A stretch of DNA of 63,631 bases, counting the filler, from Stramenopiles sp. TOSAG23-2 (taxonomy: Eukaryota): the NCBI GenBank assembly GCA_900128395.1. It is 19 parts of 19 records of this genome, joined end to end, with 100 filler letters (N's around TTAATTAATTAA, not from the genome) between each part and the next. Parts side by side here need not be neighbours in the genome. Positions count along the whole stretch, not along the records: positions 1 to 3,538 come from LT651174.1; positions 3,639 to 7,171 come from LT651175.1; positions 7,272 to 10,799 come from LT651176.1; 16 more parts are not named here. One strand, 5' to 3'. Numbering within the stretch: position 1 is the first letter of the stretch; each line of letters opens with the position of its first letter. This document shows, piece by piece, positions 1 through 10,279 of this stretch. The notes beneath the pieces were generated by a model that was not told the origin of the DNA, did not search any database, and saw nothing but the letters and a program-made list of their open reading frames with translations. A program made the position numbers and the translations under genes.

Positions 1-2
1 CA

Positions 3-1282
3 CCACTTGAAACTTTATCATTTGGTGAAGCAGCATCGGAATTTTTGAAACGTTATGCAACAAAAAATAATTATAAAAAAGTATTTTTATTAGTTTCTTC
101 AACTTTGGAAAAACAAACGGATGAAATTGGAAAGTTTCATCTTGCACTTGGTGATTTACATGCTGGAACATGGAGTGGAATGCGTGCCCATTCTCCGCGA
201 GAAGATGTTTTATCAGCAGCAAGCGCGGCTCGAAAAGCAAATGCAGATTTATTGGTAACTGTCGGTGGCGGCAGCTTGACAGACGGTGCAAAAGCTGTAA
301 TTATGTGTCTAACGTTGAATTTAACAACACATGAAGAGATGGAACAATATCGAAAACCAAGGATATTAAACCCAGCTTTACAAGCAAATGTAGATAAAAT
401 TATACCATTAATAACTATACCAACAACATTAAGTGGTGGTGAATTTAGTGGTATAGCAGGCGTGACAAATACAAGATTAATACCACAAGAGAAACAAGGT
501 TTTGTTAGTTCGTATTTAATACCCAAATGTATTATTATGGATCCACTTTTAAGTCTTCATACACCTGAATGGTTGTTTTTATCGACTGGGATGCGTTCAG
601 TTGATCATTGTATTGAAGCTATTTGCAGTATCAAAGCTCAACCATATAGTACAGCAAGTGCAGCAGCTGCATTGAAAGTATTAGCAGAAGCATTGTTAGA
701 GGTAAAAGAAAACCCAAAAGATTGTGATGATGCAAGACATCGTTGTCAAATTGGTGTTGCATTAGTAAGTCCTGCAATTGAACAAGTCCCTTTTGGTGCT
801 AGTCATGGAATTGGCCATGTGTAAGTTATAGTAAATTTATAGTAAACAACAACATCCTGTCTAACACATCATCATTTAATATTATATTTATAAACCTCCA
901 CAGTTTAGGTGGTACAGCAAATGTCCCTCATGGTTATACATCATGTATAAATTTACCACACGTATTGGAATACAATTCACATCATCCAGATATGGATAAA
1001 AAATTGAAAATAGTCTCTGAATGTTTTGGATTACCAAATGTTCATGCTGCAATAGTTGTTGATGAATATGTACGTAAATTAGGTTTACCAAGATCATTGG
1101 AGGAAGTTGGTGTTAAACCAGATATGCATGAAACTATTGCAAAATTATCAATGCATGATTTCATGTTAAAAACAAATCCAAGACCAATTAATTCATATTT
1201 AGATGTTATGACTATATTAAAGGATGCACAAACTGGTATTGTTGGTCGTAGTTTAACTCAAAATGGTTCATCGTCGTTGTAG
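3..1282 (+). CDS. Iron-containing alcohol dehydrogenase / maleylacetate reductase-like, 5' partial, two exons (3-820, 904-1282)
   Basis: GGGSLTD, IPTTLSGGE, DP and RSVDHCIE motifs. Splicing out 821-903 restores the family motif SHGIGHVLGGTANVPHGYTSCINLPHVLEYN. C-terminal LGLPRSL...NPRP. Frame is open from base 3. Confidence 0.92.
821..903 (+). other. Spliceosomal (U2) intron, 83 bp
   Basis: GTAAGT donor at 821, CTAAC branch-like site at 861-865, CAG acceptor at 901-903. Removing it joins the two ORFs in frame across a conserved motif. Confidence 0.93.
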
Positions 1283-1400
1283 AGAGAGTGTGTTCTTTGT
1301 TTTGTTTGTTTTGGTTCGTAAAAATATAATATATTTTTTTTATATATATGCATACAGAAATTATTGACACATTTTGTGAGATAGATATATATATTTTAAT

Positions 1401-1482
1401 TATTGGCTTTAGTCACTGTATTCTTTTGAGAGTAGGAATTGTCATGAGTAGGAATGAGTAGGAATAAAAAATTAAAATACGC
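1401..1482 (-). repeat. Dispersed 3'-flank repeat, module A (GCGTATTTTAATTT...AATTCCTACTCTCAAAAGAATA...AGCCAATA)
   Basis: Similar copies at 27151-27215 (+), 34137-34160 (+, partial), 47047-47092 (-) and 57956-57993 (-). Confidence 0.8.
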
Positions 1483-1493
1483 AAAATACAAAA

Positions 1494-1740
1494 TTAGTTA
1501 CTATGCTTTTCCATTTTATTTGCAATTTCATCCTCGTTCATTGGATTGATCGTTTCAATCCCCTCATGGTTTATTTTATCTTCCAAAGATTTCACATCAT
1601 CGCTTATTGAAGCCGGGGTAGTCATTTCAAAGATAACTTCGCTTGAACGTCTTTTATGCTCTATCAATTTAGCAATATACGACTTATGTGTCTTACGTGC
1701 TGGCAATACTGCCAATTTGTTTTGTAATAGTTTTTTGACT
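1494..1740 (-). CDS. 3' fragment of an unknown gene (probably the other half of a chimeric junction)
   Basis: Natural-looking charged peptide VKKLLQNKLAVLPARKTHK...KMEKHSN* followed by a 3'-flank repeat. The + strand translation of the same bases looks like antisense. Confidence 0.55.
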
Positions 1741-2784
1741 GTATCAAAAAATTATGGAATTAATGAAGAAGATGCGAGATTGTGGTTCAAAGGTGTAAAT
1801 ATTCTTGCACATCGTTTTGTTTCGCAAACAGCATTAGAAACAGCATTGCGAGTATTAGTTCAAACTGGTGTATTACCGAAAGACACATTGCAAAAAGCTG
1901 AAAATATCATTGATAAACGGGTTGCGGAATTGAAAAAAGATATTCAAGCAATACCTTTGTATGGTGGCAATTCATCTGTAATAAATCGTTTGTACACCAC
2001 GCTGGAGAAAAACGGTTATGGTAAGAACGAACCTATTGATTATGAAGCGTTATCCAAATATGACCAGACCGTGTATCACGGTATTGATGCTGTAAAAGAT
2101 TGTATAGATAAATGTAATATTAATAGCAATAGCAATGTTATGAATATTGGGAGTGGTATGGGTGGTTGTGCAAGATATTTAAGCGGGAAAACGGGATGCA
2201 ACGTACTAGGTATCGAAGTACAAAATGATTTGCATACCACGGCGATTGAATTGACAAATCGCACAAAATTATCACATAAAGTCACACATATGGGAGGTGA
2301 TTTTTTGCAACTTGGTGAATATCTATCAAAATCTAAATATGATGCAATTGTATCATGGTTAACTATTTTACACTTCCAAAATCAAGATGCACTGTTTAAT
2401 ATGTCTAAAAATTTATTACGCCCTGGTGGGAAATTTTATGCACAAGATTTTGTTACAAGTGAAGAAGGATTGAATGTACGTGAAAGAACGTTGTTGTCAG
2501 AAGAAGTTTTTTGCAATGGGTTATTATCAAGAGAGCAATATAGAAATACGCTGCACAATGCTGGCTTTCGCAACATTAATATTGAAGATGTAACAGATGA
2601 TTGGACACAGTATACACTAAAACGTTCTGAAGAATGGAATCAAAATAAAAAAGAATTGGCTGAATTACATGGAGAAGAAACATGGGAAAAGTTAAATAAA
2701 TTTTATTCTGTAATACAAGAATTATTTAAAGGAACAAGACTAAGAGGTATAATTTTAACTGCAGAGAAACCAATGGGTTGGTAA
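1741..2784 (+). CDS. Class I SAM-dependent methyltransferase (sarcosine/dimethylglycine or phosphoethanolamine N-MT-like), 5' partial
   Basis: DQTVYHG, motif I VMNIGSGMGGCARYL, GDF, YDAIVSWLTILH, LLRPGGKF. The first ~65 aa of ORF 1546..2784 are probably not real. Confidence 0.85.
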   Translation, partial: VSKNYGINEEDARLWFKGVNILAHRFVSQTALETALRVLVQTGVLPKDTLQKAENIIDKRVAELKKDIQAIPLYGGNSSVINRLYTTLEKNGYGKNEPIDYEALSKYDQTVYHGIDAVKDCIDKCNINSNSNVMNIGSGMGGCARYLSGKTGCNVLGIEVQNDLHTTAIELTNRTKLSHKVTHMGGDFLQLGEYLSKSKYDAIVSWLTILHFQNQDALFNMSKNLLRPGGKFYAQDFVTSEEGLNVRERTLLSEEVFCNGLLSREQYRNTLHNAGFRNINIEDVTDDWTQYTLKRSEEWNQNKKELAELHGEETWEKLNKFYSVIQELFKGTRLRGIILTAEKPMGW

Positions 2785-3538
2785 ATTGCTATACAGAGTA
2801 TAGTGTTTCTGAATAGAAGAGAGAAGTCCTTTTTATAAGAGTTAAGCCAAAGAAATTAAATATAATATGGCGGTGTGTTACAATGAAGTGTTGTGCAAGT
2901 TTGTGTGTGGTACGATTTTTTTCAAAAAAGGTGTAAAAAGTGTCTTTATAACTCGCGTAAACACATATAAAAAATTCTCTTATTTATAAGTAAACACATA
3001 TATATACGAACCCGTACGTACGAACGTATTAATATTTGTACACGCGAATTAATACGGGGTGTAAAATATTTTATATACTCGTATCATATATTTAATGATT
3101 ATATCACATACGGCTTCGTATATATATTTTATTTTACGTATAGCATAAAATACGTATCATACTGCTGATATGATATTAAATACGAATTCGTATTGTATTT
3201 TTAAAAATTGTTTCTCTTTAAATATGTGAGAATGATGATAAAAATACGATCGTATATTAAAATATTATTTTTTTATCACATATATATATTATATAAAAAC
3301 TATGATCACGCGTAAAAAATTTCGTACGTACGACACGGTACTTTATATATACACTTGCAAAATCTTTTCTCTTCTTTTTATTTTGATACGCACACATAAA
3401 TTTTTTTGTTTCCTTCTACGAAAGTATTATTTCTGATCATAATAATTCACATTGTATCAAAAACGTTTTTGCATACTTTTTATCTTTTTTATTAAAATGA
3501 CATAGATAATATATTATATATATTATATATAAGAAATC

Positions 3539-3638
3539 NNNNNNNNNNNNNNNNNNNNNNNNNNNNNNNNNNNNNNNNNNNNTTAATTAATTAANNNNNN
3601 NNNNNNNNNNNNNNNNNNNNNNNNNNNNNNNNNNNNNN
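3539..3638. other. Artificial contig-joining spacer (first of 18)
   Basis: N44-TTAATTAATTAA-N44 (stops in all six frames). Identical 100-bp spacers start at 3539, 7172, 10800, 14426, 18049, 21670, 25287, 28903, 32517, 36129, 39738, 43343, 46947, 50545, 54141, 57735, 61324 and 62478. Confidence 0.99.
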
Positions 3639-4043
3639 TAACAAAAGAGACCGTAGATGTTTTGAATGGTATTAAAGGAAAATATGAATAATGTATGATA
3701 GGTGAGACTACGGTTCGTAGAAGATTATTTTATAATTTAAAAAATATATGATATAAAAAATAGATAACTGTGTATCATAATCATTATATGCACCCACACT
3801 CATATCATATGATATTATTTCTCTTACTCATTTCAAATTATTATTATATTGGTATGACATATTATATATATATATATATATTCGCGCTTATTATAACTTA
3901 GATTTTAACCACATCATATTAATATTCGCGCTTCGTATTATAATACTCTCTATCAATATCAATATAACACACATTTTTATAAAAAATGTAAAATAATGAT
4001 TTTATCTCCATTTTTATTAATCTATAATAAAAAGAACCAAATT

Positions 4044-4862
4044 TTAAATGGCGTCTGATTCATTAAGTCGATAATGCAAAGTTAAATGCTCCTTCTCATG
4101 CCAACGAGTACGTTTTATATACAATAAAGAATGTTCCTTTCCAATTATTTCGCCGTTGCATAATATTTGTAAATTTGAATTTACTGGTAAATTTAATTTT
4201 TTTATCAAGTATTTTTTTAAATGTATGGTACGCAATTGACCGGAAGTTCTTAAATATGGTTTTGGTAATGATTCGAGATTACTATCTTCATGTGAAACCA
4301 ATTGAAAGCAAACATCATCATTCGTTTTCTTTTGTTTTTCGGTATTTCCATTCGCACCATTACTATTACCATTAGGTACTGTACTTTTTTTGTTAATATT
4401 TGCAAATGCATTAATATTTGCCCTTTTGCGTTTAATACCTTGTTTTCTGTAAAATTCTTCTTCTCTCTCATCTTGATTTTCAATGAAGTTAGGGAAAAAA
4501 TTATCTACTAAGTTTTGGATTGTTCTATCAGGTTTGACAGCATCATCAAATCTTATATTCAACCGCTTGTTACAAGACGGGCATTTGGATATTCTATCTT
4601 CGCCACCAGTTGTACTTTTATGCCTGGGTATGCAACGTAAACAGAATGTGTGCAAACATTCATTGATAGTATGCGCTTTTATGAAATATCCATTACACAC
4701 TTTGCATATAAGAAATTGATTTATTTGATTTGGTGAGATTTCGATAATAGATCTACCACTAGCATTTTCACGAAACTTAGTTGTATTGCTTTCAATTTCC
4801 CCAACATCCTCGTCTTCGTCGGAGGAAGAAGAATCTGAGGAAGAGGAGGATATTGATGCCAT
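4044..4862 (-). CDS. PCGF: Polycomb group RING finger protein (PCGF/BMI1-like; RING + RAWUL)
   Basis: C3HC4 RING CKVCNGYFIKAHTINECLHTFCLRCI...CPSC, then KPDRTIQNLV. C-terminal RAWUL KPYLRTS...HLKKYL...ILCNGE...LTLHYR. First ATG at 4862. Confidence 0.88.
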   Translation of the reverse strand: MASISSSSSDSSSSDEDEDVGEIESNTTKFRENASGRSIIEISPNQINQFLICKVCNGYFIKAHTINECLHTFCLRCIPRHKSTTGGEDRISKCPSCNKRLNIRFDDAVKPDRTIQNLVDNFFPNFIENQDEREEEFYRKQGIKRKRANINAFANINKKSTVPNGNSNGANGNTEKQKKTNDDVCFQLVSHEDSNLESLPKPYLRTSGQLRTIHLKKYLIKKLNLPVNSNLQILCNGEIIGKEHSLLYIKRTRWHEKEHLTLHYRLNESDAI

Positions 4863-6011
4863 GATAAAAATTGACTTGTTTGCTTGTTGTTGTTGTTGTT
4901 GTTGCAAATGTTTCTTTGTTGCTAATTTGTAGGATGAAATGATTTGTTTCTATTCATATATATTAATGAATCAGTAGTTTTACTATGTATTTAGCTATGA
5001 TGTGTGGTGTTGTGTTCGATCTTCTTCTGGCGACATCACAGCAGGTGTAGCTAAAGATATAGCTTCAATAATTAGTCCGGGTCAGGTGCAGTACAGATAT
5101 AGTAGTCTACCAGGTATTAAACACTGGCCCACTTACCACCAGTGGTACATCAGTACACTATTCTGAACTGTGGCTGTACAGTAATATGTATAGTCGTCTC
5201 TAGTTCTTTTATATTGGGTCTATCATCATTAATTTTTTAATTCTTTTTTTTGGTTTTTGTTGGTTTTTGCAAAGTAAAAGCGGCTTCAGACCTTAAGTAC
5301 CCTGGCTGGCGACTTCGCACTCGACTTACAGTAGGAGCTTCGAGCCTAATGCTGTCCTGTCCTGTATGTAGCTGTAATAGCCCAGCAAGAGCTAGAGCTA
5401 GCTGGGCTAGCTAGCTACTAGCCCGGCTAGAGCTTGCCAGCAACCGCTACCACTACTGGCCCGCTGGCGGGCTGTGGCCCAGCTGGTGTTAGGTCGAAAC
5501 GATAGTACTTGTGGCCATGCTATAATGCTATTCGGAGCGTAATTTATATACTACTGTACAACATCATGATTATATATATGTTGTCAAATGCAATCCGGTA
5601 CACATTGGCACATTGCATTTGAATAAGCATGAGTGACGTGTTATATATATATACAGTCGTCTGTAAAATAAAATGGAAAATATATTTGAACATAAAAATC
5701 ACAAGAGCATTCGTAATCAAAGAAAATGGAAATACAACCGAAGGTGAATGATACGAAGAAAAAAGAAAAAAAGCGCAATTCATTAATTGATGATGAAAAA
5801 TCCAATTGGAATCCGCTAGTTTTTCCTAATTATAAAGCAGATGTGGTATATAATAATAATAACAACAACAACAACAACAATACAATACATGTGAATCAAG
5901 AGGATCAGGGTGAAAATGTTTTCAGCAATGACACTGTAAGTTTTGATACTGGTAGAAAACGAGGCAAAGCGAAAACAAAAGGAAAAATACAAGAAAATGC
6001 AAATAATCGTG

Positions 6012-6848
6012 GTCGATAATCGCTCATCTGTCAATGCAACTGCAAATGGATTTTGTCCACCCGATAAATTCTATCAAACATTAAAAGAATGGGATAGTGA
6101 TCTTGGTTCAGCACTGGATACATTGACGGTGCAATTATCTGCATTTGGTTACACAAAAGATAGCGGTAAATTAGTTTATACTCCAATTAAATATACTGTA
6201 ATGGAATTAGTCGATACAATGGCGTATAAATCGATGATTGAGGAAACTCGTGCTATATTTAGAAAGCAAGAGTTTCGTACATTTCCTGAAGGATTGCCTT
6301 ATACGTACTGGGAGCAGTATACAAATTTAAGATTCTATTTTTGGCGCAGTATAGCTCTTGTCTTGTTAGCATTAATTGTCATTGTGTTGCCATTTCTTGT
6401 AAATATACTTGCTGCTTTTTTAGTTGCAATCGTTATATTGATGATAATTATTCAAATCTTCGGATGCATGGGATTTTTTGCAATTAAGTTCAGCGCAATT
6501 CCAGCAGTTGCATTGATAATGAGTGTTGGTATGTCGGATCAATATTTAGATCATCTTACTATGGCCTTTTTGCTTGAACTAAACGGATCGAAAAATGAAA
6601 GGATTACAAAAGCTATGGAAGCAATGTTTAGTCCAATTTTCGAAGGTGGTTTGTCAACAATACTTGCTATATTGTTACTTGGTTTTAGTACTTTTGAATT
6701 TGTTGTTAAATATTTTTTCTTACCATTTTTTTTGGTTGTGATCATTGGGTTGTTAAACGGTTTGGTCTTTTTGCCAGTTTTATTATCATTAATTGGTCCA
6801 AGCGCGTTAGGATGTTGTCGTATTGAGAAAGATCAATCAAATGAGTAG
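6012..6848 (+). CDS. Patched (PTCH)-like sterol-sensing RND membrane protein, C-terminal half only
   Basis: PEGLPYTYWEQY, IKFSAIPAVALIMSVG, MFSPIFEGGLST, FEFVVKYFF and GLLNGLVFLPVLLSLIGP parallel PTCH1 TM8-12. Upstream it joins an unrelated low-complexity ORF fragment (5726-6019). Confidence 0.85.
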   Translation, partial: VDNRSSVNATANGFCPPDKFYQTLKEWDSDLGSALDTLTVQLSAFGYTKDSGKLVYTPIKYTVMELVDTMAYKSMIEETRAIFRKQEFRTFPEGLPYTYWEQYTNLRFYFWRSIALVLLALIVIVLPFLVNILAAFLVAIVILMIIIQIFGCMGFFAIKFSAIPAVALIMSVGMSDQYLDHLTMAFLLELNGSKNERITKAMEAMFSPIFEGGLSTILAILLLGFSTFEFVVKYFFLPFFLVVIIGLLNGLVFLPVLLSLIGPSALGCCRIEKDQSNE

Positions 6849-7039
6849 GAGGAGACCTAGAGATTAATTGGAATTATTGTACATTCGAACTTAAAGCTTT
6901 AGTTAAGTTTGCATTTGGTTCCTAGTCAGGTTGGCGTCAGACTAGTACCTTGAGATCTTTGCAAATTTGTTATATATTATTATATTTTTGCTTTGTAATA
7001 AGATATTTTAAATTAAAATTTAAATTATTTATTATATGA

Positions 7040-7163
7040 TGGTTAAAATCTAAGTTATAATAATTTTACACTTCTCGTGTGAATTTTTATATATAAAATG
7101 TTCTCTTACTCATAGGAAATGATGGTTAAAATCTAAGTTATAATATTTTTACACTTCTCGTGT
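7040..7163 (+). repeat. Dispersed 3'-flank repeat, module B terminus, two tandem copies (TGGTTAAAATCTAAGTTATAATA..TTTTACACTTCTCGTGT)
   Basis: Copies start at 7040 and 7123. The same motif occurs at 3894-3911, ~27762-27780, ~30689-30703, 44499-44517 and 58116-58133. Confidence 0.85.
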
Positions 7164-8196
7164 TAAAGTAANNNNNNNNNNNNNNNNNNNNNNNNNNNNN
7201 NNNNNNNNNNNNNNNTTAATTAATTAANNNNNNNNNNNNNNNNNNNNNNNNNNNNNNNNNNNNNNNNNNNNGTAATAATGTTTCTTGTTGTGATTATGTT
7301 TCCATCTGTAAATTGAATCTATGAAGAAGCTAAAAGGGTGTATGTAAGAATTTAAACGTGATAAATGCCTTTTTCTGGCTATCTTATTAGTATATTTATT
7401 ATGATAGAATCCAGGGATAGAAATAGTAAAAATGCCTATCAAATTATTATTCGAATAACATAAACATAGTACTAGTAGTAGATCAATGAAAAATACAAAT
7501 TTATACTTAATAGTAAATTAGTATATAAAAAGGTTTTTATTATGTCATTTGTAATAGATCTAATTGTAGGTATAGGACAACATGTTGAGTGGTACCTATG
7601 ATGGTACATGAACCATGGCCAGATAAAAGTGCAAGTTATTTTAACATGGAATAGTACATAGAGGGGCAGCAGGACTAAATAATATTGCTATTCGCATTTA
7701 ATCTCGCTCTTTAATGGTAATACCACAACATTGTTCCCACAAGTGGTGTGTACAAAAGAATCTGAAAATTAGCAGGTGCACACTACAGCTAGTCTAGCAG
7801 GCCAGTACAGGCCAGTAAATATACGATAGTAATAAGCGTAGAATCAGAAGTTAAAGTCTTCTTGTTAATCTCCCGTATACTCAATAATCATATTAATAGT
7901 CTTATGTATTCAATTGATAGGAAAGATCTTTTGGTTCTGTCTATCTGTCTGGATTTGAGATTTATTTGACGACGACTTTCTTCTTTCCTCCAGCTTTTTT
8001 GCTGGTTTGCTTCTTCTCTTCTGGTCTTCTTGCTTCTTCTTCGAAAAAAAATAAATTAAATAACAACTACAAAATAAAAATAATAGATATTTATATATAT
8101 ATATATATCTCGTTTCCAACCAATATATAACAGATACTACAAATCACTTTCATTTATTGTTTAATAATTATTACGTTAAAGAAGAATAATAGAAAA

Positions 8197-9612
8197 ATGG
8201 AAGATTTGCAAAATAATAAATTTTTTGCTGCTATGAAACATATTTTTCCAAATTTAGAACAAGAAGCATGTAGTAGGCAATGGACATTATTAATACCACA
8301 ATCCACAGCAATACAAATATCAAAATTTACAACTAAATCCATTTTATTCAGCCATATATTACAACCGTTGAATCAATATTACCCTGGCTATTTTTTAACG
8401 TTAAATGGGAAATCGATAGAGTATCGACCAAATGGAACGTCTTTAAAAGCATGTTCAAAAGCTACAGAAGCTGGTGGTGCATTTGCTGAAGAACGAACTG
8501 TAAATATTTTATTTGAAGAAACTTTTTTTGTTGGTGATGATAGTTTTCAAGTCTTTTGTATAAACCGCCCAATAACTGGCCCTGGGGACGTTTTACGTTC
8601 AACATACGATGGGTTAGAATTATTTTCTACAAAACGCAGTGCAAAATGCTGGGTTGAAATGTTGAGACGATCTAAAATTGATAAACCAGCAGTTACGTTA
8701 ACATTAAATTTTGCGATGGAATTGAATCATATATTAATGCAAGGTAATAATAATAATAGTGTTGTAGAAAATAATAATAATAATAAAATATCAAGTATCA
8801 TTACCAATTTAACATCTGATATTGGAAATGCTGCTACAAAAAGCGTGAAAATCTTAATTAGACACAATCCACATTATCAAGTTGCATTAAAGCAAGGTGC
8901 ATTGTTTCAAATGTTATCCAATCCATTTGAAACAATGATACATGAAGAAATATATCCAAATATATTTTCAACTTTATGTAATGATAAAATGCAAGATGAA
9001 AATAATATACAAATACAATTACATAATCTACGATTGGAGCAACAAGTAGAATTAGATAAATCAAAGCAAAAAAAGAAAGCAGATGAAATGCCGGAAGAAA
9101 AAAAAAGTAGATACAACAGCGATAATTTAAAATGGGAAAGATTGAATCTTGAACCTGCAATTATTGCACTTAGTGGCATTAATAATGAACGATCACCATT
9201 GGCGAAATTAGATGTAGTTGTTGAAGTTGGTACATTAATTGCAACATGTTACAATGAATATGTTGAGAAAGAGGAAGAAGAATTGAAGAAACGTGATCCA
9301 AAAAAGCATGATAAACGTAACAAACGTCGTCGTGGATCATTAGCAACTGATGATTTATTACCAATATATATACGAGTAGTTGTACAAGCTGCTCCTGGTC
9401 TTTTATTAGCTAATTTGTTGTATATGAGTACATATGCACCTTCTGATGTTTTAGAAGGTAAATATGGATTCTATTTAGCAACTTTTGAATCAGCTGTCAT
9501 GTTTATAAGTAATATGAAAAAACAAAACAAAAAAGAAAACAATAATGCTGCTATACAAATCGATGATGTAACAAATAGTATAACAAAAGATTTATCAAGT
9601 GTCAACATGTAA
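8197..9612 (+). CDS. VPS9-domain Rab GEF with VARP/ANKRD27-like N-terminus
   Basis: N-terminal NKFF...WTLLIP...SHILQP...FLTLNGK. VPS9 core SPLAKL...ATDDLLP...LLANLLYM...GFYLATFESAV. Confidence 0.85.
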   Translation: MEDLQNNKFFAAMKHIFPNLEQEACSRQWTLLIPQSTAIQISKFTTKSILFSHILQPLNQYYPGYFLTLNGKSIEYRPNGTSLKACSKATEAGGAFAEERTVNILFEETFFVGDDSFQVFCINRPITGPGDVLRSTYDGLELFSTKRSAKCWVEMLRRSKIDKPAVTLTLNFAMELNHILMQGNNNNSVVENNNNNKISSIITNLTSDIGNAATKSVKILIRHNPHYQVALKQGALFQMLSNPFETMIHEEIYPNIFSTLCNDKMQDENNIQIQLHNLRLEQQVELDKSKQKKKADEMPEEKKSRYNSDNLKWERLNLEPAIIALSGINNERSPLAKLDVVVEVGTLIATCYNEYVEKEEEELKKRDPKKHDKRNKRRRGSLATDDLLPIYIRVVVQAAPGLLLANLLYMSTYAPSDVLEGKYGFYLATFESAVMFISNMKKQNKKENNNAAIQIDDVTNSITKDLSSVNM

Positions 9613-10279
9613 AATGAATAAAAAGAAAGACAATGGTATATATATATATATATATAATATACACAAGTTTTATATATATATAAATATAGAAAGTGAAGAT
9701 GATTCTGATTCGATAGAGTGTGTGGTACATATTTATAATAATTCTACATGGAACGGTTTTTGTAGCGGTGTGTGTGTGTTTATGATTTTAATTTAATGCA
9801 CATGTCGTGTACTATTTTGTGTCATAATCTCTGCTGCTGGAGTGTTCTATATAAAATGTATTTTACACACACCTTTTTTGATTTCATACGAATCTCGTAA
9901 TAAAATATATGTTCAGATGAGTGATAGAGGATCTAGAGAGAGAGAGAGAGATTTTAATATATTCTCTTTTTTAAAAAATCTCACGTATGTACATCGTTTT
10001 ATTTGTTTATGCCTGCTGGCCTCTGATGATGATATCAAAAGACAGAAGCGAATAAATTATAAAAATATTATAGCTGATCTTTTCACGGGCCACGTCGTAC
10101 GCGTACATTTTTGCTGCTGCCACAACCATATTTGATGAGATAGAAAATTAAACATATGTCATAAACACATATGATGTAAAAAAATAATATAAAAATACAT
10201 ATAATATATATATATAAAAAGGTGTACATGTGTGTGTGATATATGTGAAAAAAACTATAACTTATGTGTTCCTCATTTT

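Noticed and set aside
3583-3594. TTAATTAATTAA recurring every ~3.6 kb as a biological repeat
   Set aside because: Always centred in 44+44 Ns; it is an artificial six-frame-stop linker.
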